NCBI RefSeq assembly: GCF_009914755.1
Contig: NC_060940.1
Length of the DNA stretch: 64,000 nucleotides
Reading direction: 5' to 3' (one strand)
Source: the human T2T-CHM13v2.0 reference genome, Homo sapiens
The notes under the pieces were generated by a model that searched no databases, was not told the origin of the DNA, and saw only the letters and a program-made list of their open reading frames with translations. The position numbers and the translations under genes were made by a program. Numbering within the stretch: the stretch's first letter is position 1; the number at the start of each line of letters is the position of its first letter. Shown here in pieces: positions 30,356-44,375 of this stretch.

Positions 30356-31155
30356 GCTCTTTCTTAAAAATAATGGCAGTAACCAAATCCTAGTCACCAA
30401 ATGGTTGAAGAGATCAACAGCATTATTTAAAACCACAAAATACCAATTATTTTAGCTTTTAAAAAAATAACTCACATGAGCCTTCCTTCTTCCTATTGGG
30501 ATATGCTTGTCTGCATCATGTTATCACACTCTTCCATCAGGGTCTCCCACAAGTACATGAAAGACAGGGTAGGGAGGAGATCTAGCAGTTGTTTCTAAAA
30601 GTACACAGTATTTAAAAATTGCCTGTAGCCAATAATCAGAAATATCCATACAGTCTAACACCATTTTGCTTGTTTCAGATGCTTTTCACTGTAAATTCAC
30701 TTACTTCTTAACAAAAATCCCAGATGTTTTTGAACAATATTACTATTTGAAGGACCAAATTCTCCTTCAAGGTAGAAATGTTTTAACTCTAGCTAAACTC
30801 TTATGTCTCTTAAGCTATTCTATTAATGTATATACTTTACATTAACAGTGTATGTATGTCAATGTACATACTTTTATTGCCTGAAAAAACAAAAATAGCA
30901 TGAAAAATAAAAATGGACTCACTCAGATACTTTCATTCAAAGTGAAAGAAAGTATCCCTTAAGGTCACCACTATTAGGGGTAATACAGCATAATACTACG
31001 CGGTAACAAAAGTCAATTCTGAGAAAAAATCCATATATGAGAATAAAAAGAACAGAAAAAAAAACGCACCAAAACGCAGACTAGCTGGTACAGCTTTAGG
31101 TGATACCTGTCCCCATTTTGTTCTATTTAAAATCTCATATAATGAACATATATTG

Positions 31156-31157
<2 letters not shown>

Positions 31158-31199
<42 letters not shown>

Positions 31200-31480
31200 T
31201 TTGAGGAAGTCTTGCTGTGTTTCCCACCCTGGAGTGCAGTGGCCTGAACTCAGCTTACTGCAACCGCCGCCTCCCAAGTTCAACCAATTCTCCTGCCTTG
31301 GCCTCCTGTGTAGCTGGAAATACAGGCATGTGCCATCATGCCGGGCTAATTTTTGTATTTTTAGTAGAGATGGGGTTTCACCATGTCGGCCATGCTGGTC
31401 TCAAACTCCTGGCCTCAAGTGATCTGCCTGCCTCAGCCTCTCAAAGTGCTGGGATACAGGTGTGAGCCACCATGCTCAGC
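31158..31480 (-). mobile_element. AluS-type SINE with a (TG)n microsatellite (31158-31194) at its tail position
   Basis: (GT)n tract directly followed by a reverse Alu. Confidence 0.85.
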
Positions 31481-34101
31481 TCTCAAGATCACTTTTTTCT
31501 CCCCATTTTTTTAAGAGACATCTTTCAGATATTTTTAAAATAATTAATGACTTTTAGCTAACTTAAAAATTTATAACATTTTGTGTACTAACAAAAACAG
31601 CTCCATCTATGTTGCACAGCAATGGGACCACATGGCATGTATGGAGTTTGAATAGAATTCTTACACAAGGCCTGAGTGGAAAAGTGTTATGTGCTTATTG
31701 TAAGTATAAATAGAAATTGTCTGAATTAATGTCATAATTATGTTGAATTTAAACTTAGATTTACACTTATATATGGGTTAAATCATTAAATATGATGGAT
31801 TGACCAGAAATTTATTTTCTCTTCCTTCTGAAATCTCATTAGTATTATTCATAAAATAAACATTATACACAGGACCAGGAGACAAGATTGATGGCAGATC
31901 ATTCTGAGTCAATGATGCAAGGTGAAAAGCTGATAGAGGAGTTGCAACTGACATGGAAGCACAACTTTGGAGCTGACAGGGAGTGACTTGAACAGAAACA
32001 AGTGATCTTCTTTGTTTTGAAGAACCCAACTCAGGCTCCAAAATCAGAGGCACATGGTACCTGGGAAGGTAGGGTGAAATATACAACTGAAGCCAGCAAG
32101 GTCAACTGTAAATCTGTGCTTAGAGCCCCAAGTCCACCTCTCTTCCCATCTTAGAAGGAATTTGGATGTGTATTCTCTGGATATTTTATACCTGAGGGTT
32201 TCTGGGCTCAGAACTACTAGGGCTAAAACCTGGGAAATGGGAATAAATTGCACACACAAAGTGAAACTGCACCTTCCTTCCCAACCCTGCTTCTAGAAAG
32301 CCAGCAGCCGTGCTTGCACTGCCCAGGCAGAAAACTGGGAGATCCTCCTTGGAAGAAAACTAAACCATTGCAAAGAAAATACCCACATATAATACACTGA
32401 GTTTCCCCAAAAGAAAAGCTGGCTTGACCTCCAAATCCCCACAATGAGACCCCTCAGTGAACAAAGGTCCTGCTTCCAAATAGAGAAAGGCAAAGACTAC
32501 CACACATCTCAGGGAAGCCTCCAATGAGAGATCAAAACAACAGGAAAAAGGAATTCTGGGACCAGTAAAAATTAAGGAGCAAAACTTTTTAAAAAAATCT
32601 TAAAATACCCTTAAGGAGATTTTAAAAATTCAATAGAAGGGTTAGCGCAGAAAGTCAAAGAATCTCTAAGAAGCAGAACAAAAGACAAATTGGAAAATAG
32701 GAGGGGAAGAAATTAAAGATCAATGCAGAAATACTGCTATAAGAGGCCGAACATTTGAATCATAAGAATACTAAAATAATAATAAAACAGAGAATATAGG
32801 ACAATTCTCTAAAAGAGATAGTCTGCAGACTTAATGGCTGCAATAAAATAAAAGGTCCCCACAAAGCTGTATTATACAATTTCCGAATCCCAGGAATACA
32901 GAAGGTCTTAAAAAGCTCAAAAATGTAAAAATTGGTTACATATGATGTATCACACAATGGCAATAGTTTCAAGTACAGTATAATGAAAACACAATAGGGA
33001 AATTTCTTCAGAGCCATGAAACTTAGTTTTCACTCTAGAATTTTATACTCTATAACAAAAGAAGGGTTTGGAGAGAGGCTAGATCTCTATACATGTGTGT
33101 CCATGAGCCTTTCCTCAGAAACTGTGCTCCAGCACCACTGGGGAGTAACACAAGGCAGAGGGCAATGCACAGTCTAGGACTCAGGGATCCAACATGAGTG
33201 GGCGCATAAGAGTTCAGAGAGGGCTCCCAGGGAAACAGGCCCAGGGCAGCCTAGGGAAACACAGTCTATCCTGGAGGAGGATAACCAAAGGCCAAGGAAA
33301 GTTCCTTCAAGAAAAAACACAGAACATATGTTTTAGTAAATAAAACATTATTTTTGATAGGCATGTGACAAATGTTACACCACTTGGGGAAGAATAGCTG
33401 TTAAAAAAGAGGCAAAGGAACATAGTCAGAAAATTAATTCCACACACAAAATAATGAAGGAGGTGAAAACAAAGAGGCCAGCTGGGGGCTAATGGTCGTA
33501 TTTGGCTTTATGAGCTATCATGGGCTAGGAAAAGGGGGATTATCTGGGAGAAGTGCAGAAGTGTTCAGATTTCAGAAATATTTAAGAGAAACAATGAAGG
33601 ATGCACAAGGAGGAGGCACAGTCAGAACACTACATGACTCAGCAGTGAATAATATGTGCATAGTCATAATCATGTAAATATCAATTAGTGATTTAATAAA
33701 AAATGGGTTACAGGTGGAAGAAACGGGGAGGGAAATAAGGTCACAGTGGAGTGAGGAAGCTACGCTTTCACCTGCTATGACAGGAAGTCAGGAGAAAGTG
33801 TTGGAGAAAGTAGACTCAGCTATTTTTAATTTTATTTGAATACAAAAGATTAAATATTTAAGGCAGATATTTATATCACAACCAAATTGTGATATAATAT
33901 CACAATCACCCTTAAAAATGGGCACAGTAAGCTACAGACTTTCCTGTATAAATCTGATACTTAGGAAAATAGAAGAGATTTAGAAAGTCCATCAGAAAAG
34001 GATCACACTAACAGCACCGGCTCCCTGTTAAATTTTTAAGGAATCATGACAGACTTTTAATTCAAACAATCAATTTCTTAACTTTTCAAAAGTTTACTTA
34101 C

Positions 34102-34136
34102 ATAATATAGGTGAGAGCTGCTCCTCTTTTCTTGCA
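34102..34136 (-). CDS. CCNYL1B: Cyclin Y-like paralog exon 3: (V)QEKRSSSHLYY
   Basis: 35 bp, ttcttag|...|gtaagt; homologous to VREKRKSNHLNH. Confidence 0.85.
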
Positions 34137-34394
34137 CTAAGAATGAAAAAATAACTAATCAATTCTGGTATAAATACCATAGAATAAAAGTAGTTGCTAA
34201 TCATCTGATTATCACTATATAAAATGAGATAAAATTCCATTTTAAAAAATTCTTACCAACAAAAGTTATCATTTAAATAATCCGGCATAAAGTAAAATCT
34301 AAAAATATAGTTTTATTTTTGACCTAACAGATGTTCTATTACACAAAAATGAAAGAATCCCCATGTACACAAGGAAAGGCAAAACAAATTAGGC

Positions 34395-35095
34395 AACGTG
34401 TATGCCCTCCAAATCTCATGTTGAAATGTAGTCCCCAGTGTTGGAGGTGGGGAAGTGTTTGGATCACGGGGGCAGATCCCTCATGAATGGCTTAGCGCCA
34501 TCCCCTTGGTGATGAGGGAGTTCCTGCTCTGAGTTCATACATGATCTTCTTGGGTTTTTGTTGTTGTTGTGGTGGTTGTTCTGAGATGGGGTCTCACTCT
34601 GATGCCCAGGCTGGAGCACAGTGCCATGATTATGGTTCACTGCAACCTTGACCTCCTGGGCTCAAGTGATCCTCCCACCTTAGCCTGCGGAGTAGCTGGG
34701 GCTGCAAGCACGAACCACCACACCTGGCTAATTTTTAAATTTTTTGTAGAGACAGGGTCTCACTATGTTGGCCAAGGCTGGTCTCAGACTCCAGCCTCAA
34801 GTGATCTGCCTGCCTCAGCCTCCCAAAGTGCTGGGGTTACAGGCATGAGCCACCACACCTGGCCTGATCTGCTTGTTTAAAAGAAGGCGGCACCTCCCAC
34901 TCTCTCTTGCTCCTCCTCTCACCATGTGAGAGATGACTTCACCTTCCACCATGATTATTAGTTTCTTGAAGCCCTTGCCAGAAGCAGATGCTAGCACCAC
35001 ACTTCCTGTACAGCCTGTAGAACCGTGAGCCAATAAAGCCTCTTTTTTTATAAATTATCCAGTCTCAGGTATTCCTTCATAGAAATGCCAAAATA
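34395..35095 (+). mobile_element. MST-type MaLR LTR interrupted by an AluJ (about 34555-34865, minus strand)
   Basis: ccaaatctcatgttgaaatgta...ggaggtgggg and agaaccgtgagccaataaa MaLR motifs flank a reverse Alu. Confidence 0.75.
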
Positions 35096-36485
35096 CAGGA
35101 CAGATGAGAAATTTAGCTAATAAAAAATTTACCTATTGTATATCTGAACCCCTAAGCAGTAGTGTTTTCTGATTCTACATTTACACATAGCTTACTTTCA
35201 TTACCAAGATCTAATAGCTGACAGCTCTAAGAACCAGTTTCTGGCCAGGAGCCAGTCTTTAGATGCACTAGAATCCCTGCAAGCATCCAATGACTGATCG
35301 GTCGTCTACTAATATGTTACTGAAAAAATAAACAGGTCTTTACACAACTGAAAAGTAGCCTAGCTTAACTCAAATGTTAACATGAGTGTGCCAACCTAAA
35401 TGAACTTGGTATCCTCAGGACACAAAATCATTTCATTCTAATACAGGTCCAAAGAATAAAAGCTACAAGGGGGACTTGGGCCACACTTTGTTCCCTACAA
35501 TGCCTCCTTCTTTGAAGTTGAGCTGGTCTCACTGACACACATTTCTCACTGCTGAAGAGACAGGGGCATGGGGTAGGTTTTCTTCCACTTCCATACACTC
35601 TATGTGTGAGAAGCCCATGGCTCTGGAAGAAACTGAGAAATACAACAATCCTAACCAGAAGTTACCAGCTTGAGACAGGCAAAGTCCATACAAACTATGA
35701 AAATGCAGGGGAGAAACCCATTTTTTATTGTGCTGCATTACTTCAGATGTTATTATAGAAACCCCACTTCTTGTATTCTTGCTGTTGAAAACAACTGAAA
35801 AACATGGTGTATGGCTTTTTTGAAAAAACAGTAAGATTTAGCAGAATGTTACAAAAAAATAAGCAGGAGTACAGAAAACTCCTACAGTTCTAATTCTCAT
35901 CCTAAAACAAGCAGGATGTGGAAACTTTACACTAGTTTCACACACTAAGGCTAACCTGGAAAACAGCACAGGCCATGTTTACATTTCCATTACATTCGAA
36001 TGAAAAAGTTCTGAGTAGCATGAACATGGATGTGACAGGCTCATGCGGTTAGAGCACTGTGTAAAAAGGAGGCCAAAATCACGGATCCAATCTAGAACAA
36101 CAGATTCTTTTGATTTGTTCAAGTGAACTCCAAGCTGTAGCCTAAATCTTATCACTCATCATTAACATGTACTCTTTGGAGCAAGGGAAAAATGGGAAAG
36201 ATGTATGAAGAAAAAGGCATACATCCATGACTACTACACCAAATCATGTGGCCAATTAATTGCATTGATAAAAATGTCATCAAACGTGGAGACATAAAGC
36301 CTGCATGTTTCCATGAACAGTGTCAACTAAAGGAAATTATGTCACATATTAAAATAAGACAAGTAAATATATAAAAAGTTGAAATTTTTTTAACTAATAT
36401 CTGAGTTCCTCTAAATACTTTCTGTAATACATGAAACAGAAAGTTTGTAGTTTTTTGCTTGGAGGAAGAAACAATATTGTCTTAC

Positions 36486-36545
36486 CACTCATTTGATATT
36501 TTCTCAGGAAGAGTGTGCTTTCCCCTGGACAGTCAGAAGCAAAAT
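36486..36545 (-). CDS. CCNYL1B: Cyclin Y-like paralog exon 2: (N)FASDCPGESTLFLRKYQMS; 5 codons shorter than CCNYL1 but in frame
   Basis: 60 bp, ctctacag|...|gtaaga; homologous to [26 protein letters not shown]. Confidence 0.85.
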
Positions 36546-36992
36546 CTGTAGAGGAAGAAGGAAAAATGTGATAATTTAAGTGAGTAGAAAAGATTCTTTT
36601 TAAAGCTACACATCCATTTTAATCACTTTTAAGAGTCTTGAGAAAAGTTTTTAGTGATAAATGTAAAGAAAATAAAGGCCACAATGTCCCAATTCTACTG
36701 GAGAATGCAAAAATCACAGAAGTTCTCCACGTATGTGGAATAAAACCAGGCTGTGTCTGGGACTTCATTTTAGAACTTGCACCTAAATAAACTGATGCCA
36801 CTTTTAGATGAATCATACACACGCCCTCCTCCTTCTACTTATCAAATATACCCACCCTCCTCTATGCTGCTATTACCAGCGCATTTCAGGGAAAGTCTCA
36901 AGCAGCAAGTGATGCTGTGGTCAATTACTGTCAGACACCGGCTCAATATAGCAAATATGTTAAAATAAAGAGCTGTTTTGGGCAAAAAAACA

Positions 36993-37180
36993 ATTTTTTA
37001 AAGAGACAGGGTCTCACTCTGTTGCCCAGGCTGGAGTGATGCAATGGTGCGATGGAGCCAGCATAGCTCACTGAAGCTTCAAACTCCTGGGCTCAAAATA
37101 TCCTCTTGCAGCTGAGACTATGGGTGCAAGCCACCATACCTGGCTAATTTTTAACCCTTTTTTTTTGTAGAGACAGGGTG
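36993..37180 (-). mobile_element. Partial Alu (right arm/FRAM-like)
   Basis: gagacagggtctcactctgttgcccaggctggagtg... Confidence 0.7.
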
Positions 37181-37870
37181 ATACATGAGACGTACATGAA
37201 AATGTGTTGTAAATCCTAAAGAATGATATAAAGAGTCTATTTTGGGCTCTCATCCAACACTACCCATCTACTACCTAGTGTGTAAAACCACTCCGAGGCC
37301 TACCTTACACCACCAAACGAGGAAAAACTTTCACAAGTACTTGCATGCTTTGTGTATAAAGGTACAATTCATTCACATACTATCTTTGTTCATTCTTTCA
37401 CGATTTTTTAATATTCCGAGAGTACAGTACTTTCCAGCAACAAAGCCACATTCATCATGAAGCTTAATTATTCAAACGTTTAAATAAATTAAGAGGTCAA
37501 CCAATGTTTAAACAGAAGAGCTGTAAGACACTTCCTCTATAGCAATGAAATCTGTAGCATACATTTTCTATTTTGAAAACTTAGTTTCTGCCTAGCCTTG
37601 GGGGATGAGAAAGGGGCCAGAACTGGGCACTGGGGTAGGGAGGAGGAGAGAAACCACCAGATGCTACAGGGAAAAAAAATTGGTTGCAGGGGGGAGGTGG
37701 GGGACGTAGGCACGAGGCAAGGCCAGTCCTCCTGCCTGGTGCCTGGGCCTAGGAAACCTGGCTAGGGGCAGGAGGGAGGAGTCCGAGGCTGTGGATGCCT
37801 CTGGGGGGACCTTGGGACAGCGGCTGCCAGAGGCTCACCTGAGGGCAAACACTATCAGTCGCCTCCTTAC

Positions 37871-38246
37871 TTTTGGGCATCTCCTGGTCACTGATGTGTT
37901 GCAGGTCATGGCCCTCGCGGGCTCCGAAATCCGACTGGGCAGGCTCCACAGCAGTGGGGTGTGGGGATTTTTTTTTTTTTTTACTGCCACCTCTGCCTCC
38001 GTGAGGTTATAGCTGCAGGGCGGTTCCGCCCACAGCACCCTGCGCTGGCTTTGCTTGGGGCTGGCATCAGGGAGCAGCATGTTCCATCTGCGGCGCCTCC
38101 GCTCCTCTCTGCCTTGGCCTACACCTTTGCTTGACGCTGCCTCATAGATGTCAGCGCTGCAGGACAGCTCCCCAGACCTCCTGCGCTGGCCCCGCTTGAG
38201 GCTGGCGTTGGTGCCCAAGCAATAGCTCAGCGTGGGCTATCCCCAT
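37871..38246 (-). CDS. CCNYL1B: Cyclin Y-like paralog exon 1: internally duplicated and frameshifted 5' part, intact 3' part (AVEPAQSDFGAREGHDLQHISDQEMPK); in-frame internal ATG at 37880
   Basis: Homologous to CCNYL1 MGNTLTCCVSPNASPKLGRRAGSAELYCASDIYEA...VEPAELDFGEGEGHHLQHISDREMPE; donor aaaa|gtaagg at 37870. Confidence 0.75.
37968..37982 (-). repeat. A15 mononucleotide tract inside exon 1
   Basis: 15 T on the + strand, counted directly. Confidence 0.95.
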
Positions 38247-38559
38247 GGGGTAGCCCGGCTCCTCTCCAGCAGCTTGGGCCTTCCCTTGCTTCCAAGTCTG
38301 CAGAGCTCAGCACTTCCACCTCTTCCCAGGAAAGGCACGCTGGCAGGGCCAGCCCCGGCTATGGGGCTGCACCCCACTAGCAGCCCGCACCCCGCCTCAG
38401 CCGCCTCCCCTGAGCTGACTTGTCTGCAAGGGTCCCTTGGGAATCTGCTTGGTTTATTTAGAATGGGTCTAGATGCAACAAGCCTGAGAGTTGTGACTGC
38501 GGAGAAGAGAGCACAGATGGAGCTCCTCCTCCTCCCACCGCTTCCCACCAACTGAAGGA

Positions 38560-38720
38560 GGTTGCCCTGCCAACCGCCAGAGCTCCCTCCCGGTTCCCAG
38601 GAACCAATCAGGCCCAGAGACCCCTCCACGTGCCCCCGCCCCCATTGTGATGTAGGAGCCTAGGCACAAGGCTCACTAGGCCCTGCCATGCCGGCAGCCC
38701 CGCCCCCACCTTTCATTCAT
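38560..38720 (-). promoter_or_regulatory. Candidate promoter of the cyclin Y-like paralog
   Basis: CCAAT at 38604-38608, E-box CACGTG at 38627-38632, GC boxes at 38634-38643 and 38698-38707, about 350-450 bp upstream of the first ancestral ATG. Confidence 0.5.
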
Positions 38721-38808
38721 TACTGGCTGCTGGGAGCTTTCAGGTTTCTCCACTGTGAGGAAGATCTTATGTTTTCAACAAAAGAAGAGGCTTATGTAAA
38801 AGAAAACT

Positions 38809-39199
<391 letters not shown>

Positions 39200-39205
39200 T
39201 CATAA

Positions 39206-39512
<307 letters not shown>

Positions 39513-39819
39513 AGGTAAGCACTTTTAATTAATTATGTACTAGGTGCATAGCTCCAGACAAAGAACAATGCCTAGAATTAGACTTCTGCTTATGTAGAAG
39601 GATCAAGTATAAGGGCATGAATTTGTAGACAACTAAAGCAAGTATCAGAAGAAAAATTTTAACTTAAATGATCTGCCAGGGGCACTGATTAATTCGAAAC
39701 AAATTTCTAAATTTTGGAGACATTTTTATTTTATCTGTTATCTTAAAACTATCTATATATAGCTATATATAGGATATATATATATGATAGGGCCTCACTC
39801 TCGCCCAGGCTGGAGTGAT

Positions 39820-40130
39820 TTATGTAATCTTTCTCATCCTCGGTTTATCTAAAAAATATGAATAATAACACAAATTTTATAAACTTGCTCTAAAGATTAA
39901 ATGAGGGAAATATAATACTGCTCCTTCCATATATTGAATGCTTACAAAATTACAGGCATTGTGTCTAGATTTTTACATATGTACCATACGTAAGCCTCAT
40001 AACAAGCCCATTTTTAAAGGTGAGAAAACTGAGACTCAGATGAGCTAAAAACACATTCACGATCATGTAGTAATAAGCGATGGAACTGGGATTCAATCCA
40101 GTTCTGTCTGACTCCAAAGGTGGTGCATCA
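39820..40130. mobile_element. MIR fragments
   Basis: cccattttt.aaggtgagaaaactgagactcaga...gtctgactccaaag MIR core. Confidence 0.65.
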
Positions 40131-40572
40131 TCTTAACGAAGACCAAGTTATACCCAGCACATGAAGGTACTCAAAAGATGTGGATTCCCTTTTACTATCC
40201 CCTTATGTGTGAATTTCAGTGGCTTTCACAACCTCAGAACAACCCCACACACCCTCCCAGGTTGCCTTTCAGTGGTTCCATTCTTCCTGGGGATGATTAG
40301 GAATCTGCATATTTAGACTACTTCTTCAATCATCTCCTTACAAACATGTGTGGATAAAGAAATGAAATTTTCTAGGCCGTAGGTTACTAACTGTGAATTA
40401 ATTGTCTAGTTTATTTATTGCAAATTTATTTGCAATACATTTATTATATGAAAAAAAATCACACTGTCTACTGAATTTGTGCAGAAAGATCCCAAAGTAC
40501 ACTGCAGGAACATCTTACTGACTACACAGGAAGGCTAGCCCAAACACACAAAGCCAGAGTCCCTCCAAAGGT

Positions 40573-40697
40573 CAGGTGTGGGGTGGTTCTTTCCTGTAAT
40601 CCTAGCAATTTGGAAGGCCAAAGTGAGTGAATCACTTAGGGCCAGGAATTCGAGTCCAGGCTGGCCAACACAGTGAGAGCCAGTCTGCATAAAAAAT
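40573..40697 (+). mobile_element. FLAM/Alu monomer
   Basis: Diverged single Alu arm. Confidence 0.65.
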
Positions 40698-42096
40698 TAC
40701 TTTTTATTAGTATAATTAAAAAGAGTACCTCTAACATTGCTTTAGGATAGAGAGCTCTGGTCTAGAATTCAAGATATGGAGTTACGAGTCCCAGTGTGGT
40801 TACTTAACTACTGTTGTGACTGTGGGCAGGTTATATAATCACTGTGATTCTCAGCCCTTTCTTTGCAAATAACCAGCATTGGAATAGATGACTTTTTAAA
40901 GCCCTGACCAGCTCTACCATTCAATGATTCTGTATCAGTGGATACTTGTCAAAACCATAATTTACTTGTCTAGTGATGCCCTGAGGTGTTCCTGTGGTCA
41001 CAGGAAATGTGGAAATAATATAGTCATATTGGTCATAGGAATTATGACCATATGGTCAAATATGGTCGTAGGAAATAAATTTGGCTTTGCTTTTAAAATG
41101 GGTGATTTAACCACATGGAATCTATGACTATTTTGAGAAACAACATGAGACAGTCAATGTGATGCAGCCTGATGTGGTCCCAAAGCGTTTCTGCAGGATA
41201 AGAAACTCACTCACAAAAGCATTCACTTCCCCGTGAATATACCAGTGAATCCTCTAGCCACAAAAACTTACAGTCCATATATGTTGTAATGTCTAATACT
41301 TGTGTGAATTACTGCATTCATAACGCACTCCTTGAAAGGGTATGGCCTGCTTCCCAAAGTCCTTGGTACTGGAAGCCCAACTTCCATTCAGTAACTGGAA
41401 AGCCCTCTCCCACCTTCTCCCATTTCCTTCCATGACTGCTGGATTATGAAGGAACTGAAAACCACAATAAGTGAGGACTGGTTAAAGAAACAAGTGATGT
41501 TTATCCTGAGAATGACTGACAACATTTCAGTGAAAAAATGAGAGTAGTATTTGAATAACTGAAGGTCTACCGCAGAAGAGGGTTTCAGCTGGATGTGTTC
41601 TGCAGACTCCTAGGATCCACGGCATGGTAAGCCCCTAGTGAATGTTTATTGAGTGAATAAATCCTGTACTGCTCCCACAGCATGGACCAAGACCATGGGC
41701 CGCCATGGGGTCCTGCGGCTGAACTGGGCCCTGGCAGGAGCAGTCCCCTCACTCTCCTTTGATCAGAAGGCTGCATGTGTTCTACATTTCAGAAGTAACC
41801 CTGTGAACTGGGACATCCAGACTCCAAATGATGAGTAACATTTGCTTCGAATTTTTCAAAAAGCTTTATTCATCCAACAGTTGGGTTATTAAAAGTTACC
41901 TTGGTAAAATAAAGTACTTTGGCTTCACTTTCTATAAACAGTTTCCTCAAACACTGACTATGTGTTACATCAGAAATCAATGTGTTCTGTCTACTTTGTC
42001 TCTGTTATCTCAAGAACCAATTTTCCTTATCTTCAATTAGTCTTAGTGTGATATGTAACAGAGTCAGGTGTTATCACTATTATCTCAAAAGCGTGT

Positions 42097-42240
42097 TTCT
42101 TTTTTTATTTTATTTTTTTATAGAGATCAGGTCTTGCTCTGTTGCCTAAGCTGGTCTCGAACTCCTGGCCTCAAGCAATCCTCCTGCCTCGGCCTCCCAA
42201 AGTGTTGGGATTATGGGTGTGAGCCACCACAGCCAGCCTG
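42097..42240 (-). mobile_element. FLAM/Alu monomer
   Basis: T tract plus a reverse left arm. Confidence 0.8.
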
Positions 42241-43959
42241 AAAATCTGTTTCTTAAGGAGTAATGCAGAACACATAACATTCTTAAATATACCCCAGCCT
42301 TCTCCAGCTAAGCCAAATTGTTTAAGAGTTCTATAATATTTAAGATTCAGGATACTGTATTTCAACCTCCCTAAAAACAATGTATTAAATCTTAGAATGC
42401 ATGTGCCATAATGTCACTTTTCTGACAAATAGTAAAACATTTCATGAGCTTGGTACAATAACGTGAAATAAAATGGTAAATTTTAAAAAATTAAAATATA
42501 CATCCTGCTTTTTTTTTCAGTTACATATGTCAAAAATAGTAACCTAGACCAAGACATCCATTTCAATCAGTAGACATTTCAAGCCACAAGATTTAACAAT
42601 AAACAATATTGGGTGTAGGTAACAATCCCCAGCTGGATCAGGGAAGCCCTAGCTCTACGTGGTATTACGGTATAAAGATAGTGTCTCTCTTCACTGGCAG
42701 AGAGGGATGGCCTATCCCTGAATACAGGATGGGGTCAGTCTCACTGCACTTTCATGAGCCATTTTATCAACCACACTTTGCATTTCTTTCCTAAGCTAAA
42801 TACACATCTTTTTGGGAGAAGACACAGCACTACATGGTACCAAATACTAACCAAAAAAATCATACAAAAAAAAACCAGATAAATAATAAAGCATTCAACT
42901 GCTAAAACACAGCAACATTAAGCCACCTCAGTTTTCTTTTCCCAATGCTTGCAACACCCTCAATCCCTCATCTTATGATGAGGGAACAACATCTTATGAT
43001 GGGGAACAACATGTGGTATGACATGGGGGAGTTACATCTCAACACTATGGAAAACTTTTAGAGCTCAACGTTAATTTCCAACAGAAGTAAACAGCTAATG
43101 AGTCTTTGAAACTTTTTTGTTCAATGATGCACTGGCAAAAATAGCTCATCCTCTTACAATATTTTCTGTTATCGCTGTAGTTATGTGAGAAAGAGATTTT
43201 CTATTTGTCTCAACTGAGAAGACTTCACTGTCTGATTCTTTCTTCAGGAACCATGCACCTCCTTGCACTGTCACTCAGCTACTCAGAACATCTCTTGAAC
43301 ATCTCTTGAACAATTCTGTTGTTGGAAGTTTATAATGTCAGGTGCCAGCACACTTGAAATGCGTGAAAATGAGGTGATACACACAACACTTCTGTTCAAG
43401 TTTTGATTCAGCCTGCCTCAGTGTCCTGGCCTCTTTTCTCACTGGATACAATGGACAGGCCATCAGCATCAGACTGTGTTCTGAATAATCAGAGGACATT
43501 GTGTTTTGCTTTCATCTGAAAAGATAATAAATAAATCAGGAAACCAGAAAAAGTCAAAGCCATGAGTGATTATGATGCCAGATACTGGCTATTTTTCTCA
43601 GATTAACTGTCCAAATGACCAGTGCTACCAGACAGTCACAATCTTGTCTGTGGGAATGTGAGAGAGAGACAGACCCGCTTACAGTAAAATTTAACAGTGT
43701 TTTCCTAGTTCCTTCCTGGCTCTACTGATGTCACAGTCCTAAGATTAATTCATCAAAGTTTCATTAGGGATGATCACAGTTTTTAAATGGGCTTTGTAGA
43801 AAAGTTAAATCATTTTAAGAAACAGCAGCTCCTATTGTATTGAGGAGCTAACAAGTTTTGGTGGCTCTTCTGTTAAAGTAGCATAGATTTCTAACATTGT
43901 TTGATCTTAAGACAAACAAAACATTGGTTTTTTCATTTTCCTTAGAGTATGATTCATGA

Positions 43960-44375
<416 letters not shown>

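Noticed and set aside
42969-43312. Short tandem duplications (catcttatgatg..ggaacaa x2; gaacatctctt x2)
   Set aside because: Ordinary slippage duplications with no spacers; not CRISPR-like.
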